64,000 nucleotides of DNA from positions 248,001-312,000 of the forward strand of contig CP110439.1 in NCBI GenBank assembly GCA_026914245.1, given 5' to 3'. Positions 51,594 through 64,000 of the stretch are shown here, one piece after another; position 1 is the stretch's first letter; each line of letters begins with the position of its first letter. A program made the translations under genes and the position numbers. The stretch is from Puccinia triticina. Its lineage: Eukaryota. The notes below the pieces were generated by a model, which searched no databases, had not been told where the DNA came from, and saw only the letters and a list, made by a program, of their open reading frames with translations.

Positions 51594-51840
51594 CTCCCTC
51601 CGGGCGGTATCTTCTCCACGATCGGCTACGCAGGATGTCTTGTTGGTCGTGATTTCTCCGGTCGTTTCGCAAGAATTGGCTGGTCCTCGTCGCCCGAAAT
51701 TGCGCCACTTGGCGACAGCAGGAGTCGCCTGTCACAGTTTCTGTCACAGTCCCTGTCACAGCCCGCCCCGCACCCCGCGTGAAACCTTGCGGTGCCAAGA
51801 CCACCCGCTATCGGAGAAGATAGCAAACCTTGCAAAGACG
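51594..51840. promoter_or_regulatory. probable bidirectional promoter
   Basis: 247 bp between divergent ATGs, with CTGTCACAG three times at 51729-51760. Confidence 0.55.
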
Positions 51841-53168
51841 ATGCTGACGACAATCTATCCACGAACAATCAGGCTGGCAACCAGGGCCGGGAGAAACACC
51901 CTGGTATGGAAGAACTCGTTCTCATCGAGCTCGGCTATCAGCGGCAGCAGCGATACCCTCAAGAAAACTCCGATCCATCCCCTCCATGTCAACCCAGGAA
52001 ATGGCGCAAAGATGGTCCCATTCGCTGGCTTCGACATGCCACTGTCTTATACTAAGAGTGGCGGTCAAAGTACGTCACTTGCGTTTATCAGAAACGAGCA
52101 GGCAAGTCATTCCATGTAACTGATGTATTTGCCATTCTTTCAGTTGCTGAGCATATGGCAGTACGAAACGAATGCGGACTATTCGATGTCTCACACATGG
52201 TTCAGTCAAGATATCAGGGAAAGTCGGCTGGCGAATTTCTTTCGAAGCTACTGCCGAGTTCGATTTCGAGTATGAAGGCTTATTCGAGCACGCTCTCCGT
52301 GATCATGAATGAGAAGGGGGGTATCTTGGACGATTGTTTGATCACCAGATGGGGCGAGCAGGATTGGTATCTGGTCACTAATGCTGGACGGAGGGAGTCC
52401 GACCTGGCCTGGATCAATCAGATCCGACAAGGGTTTCCATCCGATTCTCTCAAGATCGATGTCTTGGATGGCTGGGGCCTACTAGCGCTCCAGGGCCCCC
52501 GGGCTAGCCCAATCCTCCAGTCGTTGCTCGACGACCAATCACTTTCACTGGATAAGTCGCTCTTCTTCGGCCAGAGCATCCACACCACCATTGCCGGTAC
52601 CAGGGTCCATATCGCACGGAGCGGCTACACGGGGGAGGACGGCTTTGAGATCTCGGTCCCGCCAGGGAACGCATTATCCTTTGCAGAGCTGCTAGCGAAC
52701 CAACCCGGGGTGACGCTAACGGGCCTTGCGGCGAGGGACTCGCTGAGACTCGAGGCGGGCATGTGTCTCTACGGGGCCGACCTGGACGAGTCTGTCGGAG
52801 TGGCCGAGGCCGGGCTCGGATGGGTCGTCGGCAAGGAACGGAGCGGATTCGTCGGCGAGGAGCGCACTCGGACCGAGAAGGGCGAGCTCATCAAACGCCG
52901 TCGGGTCGGCTTGATCGTCGAGAAAGGCCCCCCCGCTCGCTCAGGAGCTCTGATCACCGACCCCAGCGGCCAAGAAATTGGCATCGTCACCAGTGGAATC
53001 CCTAGTCCCTCCCTTTCCGGCCAAAATATCGCAATGGCCTACCTCAAATCTGGGTTCCATAAACCCGGCTCAAACGTTAACGTACTCGTTCGCGGTAAAC
53101 CCAGACTCGCCGAGGTCGTCAAAATGCCCTTCGTCAAATCTAACTATTATCGCAATTCCTCTAGTTAG
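51841..53168 (+). CDS. GCV1: glycine cleavage system T protein (aminomethyltransferase), mitochondrial
   Basis: KMVPFAGFDMPLSY, intron 52070-52143, GLFDVSHM, LALQGP, RSGYTGEDGFEI, ARDSLRLEAGMCLYG. Confidence 0.97.
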
Positions 53169-53179
53169 TTTTACAAATA

Positions 53180-56100
53180 TTACGCTTGATCAGACATACC
53201 ATGTTTTTTGATTAGTAGCTCAAGGGAAATACAAAAAAATTGAAGACACAGACAGAGGAAGATGGTGAAGCAGGCGCAAGAAACAAAACTTATACAGCGT
53301 TTACAGCTTGCTGTTGGCAGGGAGAAGTTTCTAAAAGACGCTCTTTGAGTCAACCGTGAAAAGAAGCCCACAAAGGTATTTATCAAGGATTGATGGGCAG
53401 CTTCGCTGCGTGCTACCGCTCCCTGGTGTGAGGGCGTAGCTGGGCGCGATCTAACATTCAGGTGATAATTGCTGTTTGCCGCTTGATAGCCGTATGTTAT
53501 AGTTCCAGCCAACCTCTTATACGGGACAAATCCTTGCAGATTTGATTCAATGATTTGTTGCGCATCCTTGTCAATTATATCAGCAATTTCTGGTGTCAAA
53601 CCATACTCCTCAGTTTTTAGCAAAACTTGGTATTCTCTGGAAATTGCTTTTAGGTACTCATTTTTCAGCCCTTCAAAAACACCGATGATAGTTTGTGCAA
53701 ATTCTGGAGGATCAGTTGGGTCAAGCTTCCATGTCCCTTCATAGTGAAAATTATGGAATCAACCAAAAATCAAGATCTGAATTCCAAGGATACATTTGTG
53801 CTATATAAGGGTGACTTACCCTGTATCTGTCTAAGGTGTTTTAGAGCTACCCGGTATGCCTTCTCTTTCTTCAAAATCCCATCATTGTAAAGCGGAACTC
53901 CATGCTCATCTTCTATTGTTTTTAAGAATCATGTTTGGGGGCCACCAATTGAGATTTTGTCAGAGAAGAAAAAATGTTCTGGGGAGTTAGTTATGATTAG
54001 AGAGAAGGGGTGCAAATTGAAACCACACAATACCTAATTTTGCAATGCCAATCCAAAGTAGTTGATCAATTTGCTCAAGGATTCTTTTCCATTGTAGCTC
54101 TTCTCCTAACATCTTAGGAGGTTTTAGTTCTGAATCAGAATAGAATTCACCTTTAGGAAAACCGAGCAACCAATTGGAAAACAAAATATTACACAAAGTC
54201 AAGATTTGTTGTCACAACTAGATGTTTTAATTTTGGCAAAGTCCACATACCCATCAACCATGTCAAGAGTCTGTGTTCTGGTGATTCCTTTTCATATTTT
54301 TTAATCCTGCTGTCATCTTTAAAGTTTGTTTTTGGTTAGCATGGTACATATTCATATAGAATGTTGAAGTGCAAATTCTGCTGGGACTTCCTGTTTGATT
54401 TCTTGATCAAGGAATATTCAAGTTCATGATTCAATCAGACTCACTCAAGGCTTTAATAGTTTGGGAAAGTGAATCTTCAGCTGTCTTAAACTCTAGATGT
54501 GGCATTCTTATAACAAAACTTTGTTCTTCAAGAAGCCCTGAATATAAAGAATACTTCTTACAGTGAGTCATAAATGAACATTATAATCTAAAGCTAATAA
54601 TCCTGATTCCAAATACTCAGCTTACCTATTGCATCTTGTAAAGAGCGGAAATTGTTCATTTCCACCTCACTTAAAAGTCCTTTGTCTCCTTTTGGGAATT
54701 TCAAATTTCAGCTCAAAAACCTTTCTTTATTTTCCAAATCAATTGCACTGCAGTTTACCTATCTCATCTTGTATGACATTGGAATGTAGTATTTCCTCTC
54801 TCCTTGGGGCTCCTTCAGCTTCTGCTTTTTGTTTGCATTTTTTTTATTAAAATCAATAAGAAAGGTCAGAATTCTTCCAGATTCAATCAAATATTCCTGG
54901 ACTTAGAAGCACTGACCCTCTTTCCTCACAGCTGGGTTGAAATTCAAAAAAAAGAAAAACAGAATCATCAGCCATCAGGGAACAAATTGGAAAAAAGAAT
55001 GATATCTGCTATTCAAAACAAGTGAAGTCAAAGTCAGAAGTCACATACATGCTGATATTTCTTTTCCTTTTTTCTTGTCTTTTCCTTTGAATTTATTACT
55101 TTGGTTTCCTTCTATATTCTCCTTTGCTTTTGATTTTACTTTTCTTCTGCATTTGTCTATCTCTTCTCCAATGCCTCCAACAATGATGTTTATTATTCTT
55201 TTTCCTTTTTTCTTGCGGCTGGAGGTATCTGATGTGTATGCCATTCTCTCCAAGAGGAATGCCCTTGCTACCTCAGCTTTGGAAACATCTGGAAAGGTTT
55301 GAAAATTATTGAAGCATGTACTGAAGTAATGATTGCTGATTGCTAATTGATAATTGGTTTCTATAACTTCAGACAACCTTTTGTATGGAACAAATCCTTG
55401 AATTACTGGACTAATCATTTGGAGAGCATCCCTGTCAATGGCATCAAAAGCTTCCTGTGGTAAATTATTGGTCTTCTTTATTGCTGATCTGTAGGCATTC
55501 ACAATTTTAGTGAAGTTTTTACTCCTAAACCATTTGTAAACCGCAGTAATGTGATGTGCCATTGCTAGCCAATCCTGCTGGCCAATATTCCAGTTTGGAT
55601 CTTCCAAGAAAATTTTCAAACCTAAATTATATGAAGTCAATCTTGGAATTCTAATGAGAGATCCTTTGTTGATAAAATGTTACATACTGTCCATCCCATT
55701 CAGTTTTTCAATTATAAGGCAGTAGGCTTTATCTTCAACTGCTTTGTGTGGGGTATACATGATCTCTTTGTCAGGATCTTGTTAGTTGTGTGTTTCAGTT
55801 GAGTGAGTTTTTTCATCATTTTAAGGATACAAGGGGTGTGGGATGAAATATATCAGCACAGAAACTTATTTTTAGTCAGCAGAGAGAAAGGATGCAAATT
55901 GAAACCACTCAAGACTAAATTGCCAATCAGAAATCTTGATCAGCCTGTCAATTTGTTCAAGGATCAAGTTTTTTCTAGGCTTGTTTCTATGCTCTTCTTC
56001 TGAATAAAATTCATCTTCAAGAACACACCCATTAAGCAAATAATTTTTACAATTATGGTGTTCAAAGTTGGTTTGCATAATTTTATGCATGCATAAATCA

Positions 56101-57146
56101 TAAAATCATAAAAATATTTTGACAAGGAAATTTTGTATTACATAATTGGACAGTTATATCCCCTGCAAAAAAGATCTTATGATTTTATGATTTATGCATG
56201 CATAAAACTATGCAAACCAACTTTGAACACCATAAATGAGGAATGCAAACTAAACCTGACATCCAAATTCAAAAAATATTTGTACCTGCTAACCATATTA
56301 ATAGTCTGTTTTCTTCTGCTACACTTTTAGTGAATTTTTCACGGGGTTTAACTGATTTGATTGGGTAAGGATTTTTTTCATCACACTTTTTAAATACATA
56401 AAAACCAATTCAGTAAAACTCACATAGAGGATCATGGAGAGCCACATGAAGTAATTTTGCAGATTGTTCAGAACTTCCATAGGGTTTCATTGTTGAAGAG
56501 ACTTTTTCTTCAAGCATGAATATCATCATATGTTGTTGTTTTCAGTAATCTATTGCATTTAAAACTAGAAGAAGTAAACAAAAGCAGTTGAATAGATTTC
56601 TCACCCATTTTATTTTTCAACTCTTCAAGTATTTCTAATCCCTGCTTATATGGATCCTCTTCAAGTTTTGCTTTGAAAGATTTCAGTTGGTGATGCTCTT
56701 TCATTTGAAAAAAGGAATGGGAATCATATGATGAGCACCTGAGATTGAAATAACTTACCTTCTGATTCCAAAACTGTTCTGGAGGCTACAAATAATCAAG
56801 AATCATCAACTGTTCAAATTTGAAATGAACAAAACCAACCTCTGCCATTGTAGATCAATCAGTGAAAGATCTGAAAGGACGTACATTCTCCTAAATCATT
56901 TCCTCCCATTTTCCTTATGAATCCTGCTATGAATGATCCCTTTTGTTTTTGGCATGCTCCCACTATCTCTTCTTGATTTGGATGGCTGATGTGTAAAACT
57001 GGAAAACTGTTCAAGGATCTTTTTTCTAGGTTTTGTGAAGGTGATAGTGGATTTGCCAAAACACTATGGTAGTTTGTGAAGATCTCCAAGGCAACTAGGA
57101 TCTTGGTTAAGATCATAGCCATGGATGAATGTATTGGCTTGGCCAT
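53180..57146 (-). CDS. putative secreted protein, paralog A (multi-exon, two internal domain copies, possibly pseudogenised)
   Basis: Signal-like N-terminus then QNLEKRS; EFYS and IDxDA..GFVPYKRL blocks each occur twice; colinear with 59483-63357. The 3' end and integrity are uncertain. Confidence 0.65.
56056..56232. mobile_element. Tourist/PIF-Harbinger MITE inside paralog A
   Basis: Long TIR TGGTGTTCAAAGTTGGTTTGCATA.., TTA/TAA flanks; absent at the matching site of paralog B (about 62440). Confidence 0.88.
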
Positions 57147-57229
57147 CTTTCAGTACAAATCAGTATAGGGGATGATAAGAGGAGGGAAATGTGATACATA
57201 GTGAGAGCCGAGGAGTGGAACCACACACA

Positions 57230-57489
57230 TGTGATTATCATCTTGCTCTCTCTGTGACCAGACAAACTACCAGTGGCAGAGAGTTGGTTGGTACACTACC
57301 GTGTTTGGGCGCTTCCAGGTACATGTACAACACATCTGTATTGAACTTTGTCATACAAGATCTCAAGGACATGTTCCAAGCGCCCAAACACGGTAGTGTA
57401 CATAGGTGTACATTGTACATGAAATTTTTGGGACTGCCACTCTCTACCACTGGTTGTCTGGTTACAGAGAGAGCAAAATGAAAATCACA
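57230..57489. repeat. inverted repeat/hairpin upstream of paralog A
   Basis: Outer stem 57230-57284/57439-57489; perfect 24-bp inner stem 57291-57314/57378-57401. Confidence 0.9.
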
Positions 57490-57820
57490 AAAGGTATCGT
57501 TAGTTATCGCCGATAGAGCAATTTGATCGGACTTGAAACTTACCATCGTTCTTACTCTTCCTCCAATCATCGATAGAGGACAAAATGCACATCACCGGAC
57601 TTGAGTAAGCGGGTTGTTCCATTCCTCTCACCACCGGCAAACGGGTCGCTTATGGTGCCCTGCTGAGAGCCTGAGTGTGTGCAGCTTCGGGAGCGGCGGT
57701 GGGCTCCAGAGAGTCCAGCCCGCCTCTCATATGGTGGTGAGTACATAACAGAATCTCTGAGTGTCTGAGGAGCCAATTGGGTCCAGCGTCTCCGTTGCCA
57801 AGATAATCTCGCCGACGAGG

Positions 57821-58284
57821 CAACAGTGGGTCCGCTACGCTAACCATAGCTGTTAGCGTGGCGTAGCGCAGCACAAATGCGCTATTTTTAGCGTAGCGTT
57901 AGCGCAGATGCCCGCAATGGCGCTAATGCTACGCGCACAGGGTACAAAGCTATTTTAGCTTTTAGCGTAGCGTTAGCGCAGTCGCGCGCAATTGCGCTAA
58001 CGCTAAGCACGCAGGGCGCAAAAGAGCGCGCGCTACGCTGCGCTACAGCGCTTTTTGCCGCAGAAAAGGCCTTTTTTTTGCTAAAAGTGCTTTAGCGCAA
58101 CGTAGCGTAGCGGAGCGGCTGTAGCGGAGCGCTAACGCTAAACAAAAATTGGCGTGCTGTTAGCGCCGCTGAAAATTAGCGCAGCGCAGCGGCGCTAACG
58201 CTATTCAAAAAAGGCCGGCGCTTTTTGCTGCTCACTGAACTTGAGGGCTAAAATTGCATAGTTTAGCGTAGCGGCCCACCGTTG
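57821..58284. mobile_element. MITE with CAAC..GTTG ends and TAGCG subterminal repeats
   Basis: CAACAGTGGGTCCGCTACGCTAA / TTAGCGTAGCGGCCCACCGTTG; flanks GACGAGG/GACAAGG (7 bp, one mismatch). A related end follows at about 58665. Confidence 0.8.
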
Positions 58285-59482
58285 GACAAGGGTTTGCTTG
58301 GCAATACCCAACAGAGGCTGGGATTTCTCAACCTTGCTGAGGAGCAGCAAAAATGGAATGCTACGCTAAAAAATTGGTAGCGTGTGCTACCCGCTAGTTG
58401 AGCGTTGCGTAGTTCCTGGCACAACGCCTTTAGTGGTAGCGCCGCTAAGGGTCGCTATGCTAACGGGCGCTAACAGCGCTATCCGCTTTTTCAGCGGTTA
58501 AAAAGCACTGCTAGCGCCGATAGATGCCCCTTTGTTTTGAAGGGGGTCTGTTAGCGGTAGTGTGATACAACTGACTGCTAAGGGAAAAAACCCCATCGGC
58601 GGTAGTATAGTTCCGTTAAGCTACGCTAAACTACTGAGTGAATGTAGTTTAACGTCCCACCGTTGGGAGCAGGCAGCCTGATACCGGTGTGCCGAAAGAC
58701 GAAGTAACCCAAAGCCCATGTCTAGTGGATAACTACCCTTCAAGCTCTAGCAAAAAAAGTGTCCCGAGTCCCAAGGGTGTGCAAGTTTTTACTTTGCGTC
58801 TCGGCGGCTCCTGAGTAGAAGAAAAGAAAGCGCACGCGGAGAAACCAGAGGGGGATCAGTGTTAGACCCTCGTTGGGGTCAACTTGTCCCCTGTAAGGGT
58901 GGGAGGGAGGTCATCGAAGAAAAGAGAAAAACTGTGGATTAAAGAATTGTGGGACGGCGACGGATGACTGTGGGTCAAGGGGCAAACCCTGCTCTTTTCA
59001 AGTTTTATGCTCCTCCGGCCTATCATCTATCCTGGACCTGCCCTTGAACTTTCACCATGGCTCTGGTAGCACTCTATGGTGAACTTCCCGCCGTAGTCCG
59101 GGGGACTATGGCGCCGGGGGGAGGCTTCTTGGGTCTCAATGTGACCACGCCTCTAGGGCAACCTTCCGATGCAGATCACCAACCCCAACGGCCAAGAAAT
59201 CAGAATCGTCACCGGAAACCGGTTCAAACATTCTTGTCCTCGTTCATGGCAGCCCCAGGTCGTCAAAAAGCCATTCTTCATATCCAGTTTCTATCGCAAA
59301 TCATCTTAGTTCAACACATATGACACTTCATGAGGCATATCATTTTTTTTCATTTTTTTTTTCTTCGAAAATAACTTACGGGAAATAGCAAAACAATTGA
59401 AAAGAAGGAAAGATGGAGAAGAGGGTGCAACTCAAGCAAAAAAAACTTATAAAGCTATAACAGATTTCATATTTCAGATGTC

Positions 59483-62400
59483 TTAACTCATTTCCGTCTT
59501 TGAAAAGAAGTACATAAGGGGGTGCCAGTGGATAGTTGATTTGCTGCTTTCCGCCACTCCTTGGCCTGGGGTCTTAGCTGAGCGTGATCTAACCAGCAAA
59601 TGATAATTGCTGTTTGCAGCTTGATAACCATACTTTATAATTCCTGCCAACTTCTTGTACGGAATAAATCCATGAAGGTTTGATCTAATAATTTCTTGTG
59701 CATCCATGGCTATTATATCCGCAATTTCTGTTGTTAAACCAAAATCCTCAATGTTTAGCAATTTTTTGTATTCGTCAGAAAATGTTTTGAAGTATTTATT
59801 TTTCAGCCCTTCAAAAACACCAATGATAGTATGTGCAATTTCTTGAGGATTTTCAATGTGGTCAAGCTTCCACTTCTCTTTATAGTGAAAATTATGGAAT
59901 CAACCAAAAGTCAATATATGGATTTGAAGGATGAATTTTGGCTATGAGAAACAGGTGACTTACCCTGTATAAATTTAAGGTACTCAAGAACCACCTTGTA
60001 CTCATCCTCTTTTCTTAGAATCCCCTGTGTGTAAAGTGGTACTCCATTCTCCTCTAATTTTTTTGAATTTGTGTTAAGGTTTTTTTTTCAGGATAATTTT
60101 GTGGGCAGCCGGTTTAGTTTTTGTTAGGGAAGAAAAAAATCAGCATCTTTGTGGTTGAGATAGGGGGGAAAATGGATGCAAATTGAAACAACTCATACCT
60201 AATTTCATGGCACCAATTACAAGTAAGTGATCAATTACTGCAAGGATTGACTTCCATTGGCCCCCTTTTTCTAATTCTCTTCTGGAGTGATCACTACAGA
60301 CAAGGTTTTCAGAGCTGTTTTCAGACAGGTCTTTTCTGCTAGAGATATAATTTTGCTGGGCCCAGGCTGTTGAACTTGTTGGACAAAGTCTATCCAACAG
60401 CTCCTGGGATGCACCTTGTATGCCAAGTTCTGCATATTGCTGGGCCCATGTTGAGGAACTTGTTGGACCAAGTTGGTCCAAAACATTGTTGTGAAAAGCT
60501 GTCTGATCAGATAGTCTATATCGCGGTTGTTCTGAATCAGAATAGAATTCATCTTCAAGAAATCCCAGCCATTGATTGTCAAAAAGCAGTTTACCATTAG
60601 TGCACTGATTAAAAGTCAAGATTTTCCATCACAACTAGATATTTCACATTTGGAAGAGGCTACATACCCATCAACCATATCAAAAGTTTGTGTTCCGGTG
60701 ATCCTTTTTCATAACTTTTAATCCTTTTGTCATCTTTAGCAGAATTTTTTTTAATTATTTTTCCATGCATGTGAAAGGTTGAATTATGTTCAAATTTAGT
60801 TGAGCCCCCTTTTCTTTATTTCCAGATCAAGGACTTGGTCTAATTTCATGATTTGATTTGACTTACTCAAGGCTTTCATAGTTTTGGAAAGTGAATCTTC
60901 AGCTGTCTCACCCTTCAGTTCAACTTCTGGAACCATTCTTAATACAGAACTGCTTTCTTCAAGAAACAATGGATATGACAAATGATACCTCTAGTAAGCC
61001 ATACATGGATAAAAGATAAAAAAAGCTGATTTCAAATACATGGCTTACCTATTGCATCTTGTAATTTCATGAACTTATCTATTTCCTTTTCACTTGGAAT
61101 TCCTTCATTTCCTACTCTCAAATTTCAGCTGATAAAGTTTTTATTTATTTTACAAAAACAGATGCTTACCTCTCTGATCTTGTGCAGGGTCATAATGTGG
61201 TCTTTCTTCTTTACTTGAAGCCCCTTCATCTTCTGATTTTGGCTTCCAGGGTTTTACTCCTGTGGGAATCAATGAAGAAAGCTCAGATTTCCTCATGGAT
61301 GATTAACCAATCAATATCTGGGGTTGAAAGCACTCACCCTCTTTTCTTACTGATTTTTTGAAAACCAAAAAAAAAAAATCACCAACCATGATCAAAACAA
61401 AGGAAAAAATATCTACCAATATTGGAAACAATTCAAAAAGTTCAATTTCACATACATGTTAATATTTCTTTTTCGATTTTCTTAACTTTTATGTTTACTT
61501 TCTCAATTTGTTTTCCTTTTAGCTTTTCTTTTTCTTTTCCTTTTCCTTTAACTTGAGCTATTCCCTCTCCAATGCCTTCAAAAATAGATTTCATTTTCCC
61601 GTTTCCCTTTTCCTGCTGTCTGGAGAGCTCTGAATTATATGACATCCTCTGAAGGAATACTGCCCTTGTCACCTGGGGTTTGGAAACAGTGGGAAAGGGT
61701 TGAAAATTCTTGAAACATAAACTGAAGTGATAATTGCTGATTGCTACTTGATAACTTGCTGTTATAGCTTCAGATAACCTCTTATATGGAACAAATCCTT
61801 GGATTAGGGGACTCATCATTTGGAGAGCATCCTTGTCAATACAATCAAAAGTGTTTTGTGATATATTATTGGTCTGCCTAATAGCTGATCTGTAGGCATC
61901 TACTATTTTACTGAAGTTTTTACTTCTAAACCATTTGTAAACCTCAGTGATGTTGATTGCCATTGCAGTCCAATCATTGCGTTGAATATTCCAGGTTGGA
62001 TCTTCCAAGAATACTTTCATGCCTGGATTATATGAAGTCAGTATTGGAATTCCATGATTAATTTATGCTGATAGACATACTTGGCATCTCATTCAATCTT
62101 CTAATTGTATTCCAGTATTCATCATCTTGATATACTGTTGATTCTCCATGGGGATATATTTTCTCTTCATCAGGATCTTATTATTTTGTATTTTTTGGTT
62201 GAGTAAGTTTCAAGGAAGAAAATGATTGTGAGATAAATTCAGCACACCAACATTTTGTTTGGTTATCAGAGAAAAGGGATTAAAATTGAAACCACTCAAG
62301 ACTTGATGGCTGGTCAGAAATCTTGACCAGCCTATCGATTTGTTCAAGGATCAAGTTTTTTCTAGGATTATTTCTATGCTCTTCCCCTGAATAAAATTCA

Positions 62401-63357
62401 TCTTCAAAAACACACCCATTAACCAAATTATTTCAAAATTGACTGTGAGGCATGCAAAAGAAAACTGAAATCTTGTTTTCAAAAGGCTAAATACCTGTTA
62501 ACCATATTAAAAGTCTTTTTGCTGATGCAACACTACTAGTGACCTCCTCCCGCGGTTTAACTGATCATTCAATTGGGGGAAAAATTTTCTAATTTTAGAA
62601 GTGTTGAACATCAAAAATTATTCAGGAAAACTCACATTCTGGGGCATGGAGAGCCATTTCAAGTGATTTTTCAGCTTGATCAGGGCTTTGATATGGTGTC
62701 ATTTCTCCAGAAATTTTCTCTGGGACCATTAATATTGTAATTGATTTGTTCATTTAGCCTTATGTGACAATTTTGCTGAAAAAAGGAAGATCAGTTTGAA
62801 AGGAATTCCAACCTATTTTATTGTTTAATTCTTTAAAAAGTTCTATTTCCTGTTGAAATGGGTCTTCTTTAATTTGGAAAAAAACAGTAACTCAGTTGCT
62901 GATGTTCATTTTATATTTTTGACAAAGGGATTGGGAATAATATGTGATAAGCCCCTTTGATTTAAAACACTTACCTTTTGATTCTTTGGATGTTCTAGAA
63001 GCTGAAAAAAAAAAAGAATCATCAACCATTTGCATCCAAAATTAACTAAACCAAACTCTGCCATTGTAGATTGATCAAGAAAAGATATCAAATAGACATA
63101 CCTTCTCCTGTATGAGTTCCTACCACATCCTTGATGAATCCTGGTATGAATGACCTCTTTTGCTTGTGACATGCTCCCAACATCTTATGTGGATAAGGAT
63201 GGGTGCTGTGGGCAACTGGAAAACTTTTGAAGGATCTTTTGACTAGGTTTTGTGAAAGTGAAAGTGGCTGTGCGGAAACATGATCTGTGAAGAGCTGGAA
63301 GCAAACTAAAATCTTGGTTAAGAGCATGGCTATGGATTTATGTATTGGCTTGATCAT
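59483..63357 (-). CDS. putative secreted protein, paralog B (multi-exon, possibly pseudogenised)
   Basis: MIKPIHKSIAMLLTKILVCFQL..QNLVKRSF; exon-by-exon similarity to paralog A; extra 84-bp internal duplication (LDQLGPTSSSTWAQQ/LDRLCPTSSTAWAQQ). Confidence 0.65.
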
Positions 63358-64000
63358 TTTCCAGCTGGAATCAGCATTGGGAATGCCAATGATGGAGGAA
63401 CTGGGATGGTGAGAAGAGCATAAACACCAAGCTACATTGCTCTGTAATTTCCTCCTTGATCAGACAAACTACCAGTACTAGAAAGTACATGTATCATGTT
63501 TGGGTGCTTGTTATCTTTTAAATGTTGTATGGCAAGGTCATGCTGTTCATTTCACAAATGTTTGGTACACAAGTACTTCAGCAAGTATTTATTGCCAAGA
63601 TGAAAAATTGATCAGATTGGCAGCTTATTGTTGTTGTTACTGTTCCCCCAATTCTGTATGCCAATTCTCTGCATTGAGAAAAGTGGACAATATGGACCTG
63701 TAGAGTGTGTACAATGTCAGTGGCCCAACCGGACTTGAGTGTACCAGTCCTTGAACACGGCCAGTGTTTTGACTTGAATCTGTGGGCTGAAACACAGAAA
63801 CACCTTCTTGGGCAGCCTGGGCAACAGTTCTGCAATGTATTGAGTCAAAGACTGTGCAAGCAGCAGCATATTTTGTGCAGTGATGAGGGAATGTCTCAAC
63901 TCAACCCAGATGCTCTACAGTTTTAGAGGGCACCATCTTATTGTGTCAGCCGTTGGCATGCAGCAAGTGCTTAAAGGGCTCTGGAGTGCATGGGAAGCCC

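Noticed and set aside
59057..59323. 88-aa ORF between the paralogs
   Set aside because: No motif or splice support; likely a repeat fragment.

Overview
Eukaryotic, intron-rich fungal DNA, by inference a rust fungus (Pucciniales, Puccinia-like). Housekeeping genes at the left are a MARVEL-like membrane protein, a 4-exon Cys-rich metallothionein missed by the ORF track, NAR1, and an OPT transporter with about 35 introns, including an AT-AC intron. A ~27 kb nested transposon island follows at 14.7-41 kb. The right half holds a Pro-rich protein, a secreted lineage-specific protein, a divergent mitochondrial pair (uL5m/MRPL7 and GCV1) and two tandem paralogous secreted-protein genes. Best candidate for an undescribed system: a Gypsy LTR family with 4-bp CCGC target duplications and an accessory CpG-rich cargo slot next to the PPT. 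One member has near-identical LTRs and a dead gag-pol but keeps an intact spliced antisense gene with an RG-repeat tract. A sister member carries a fixed-spacing motif array (~175 bp period) and a ~580 bp hairpin in the same slot. All gene models were read by eye; no database searches were run.
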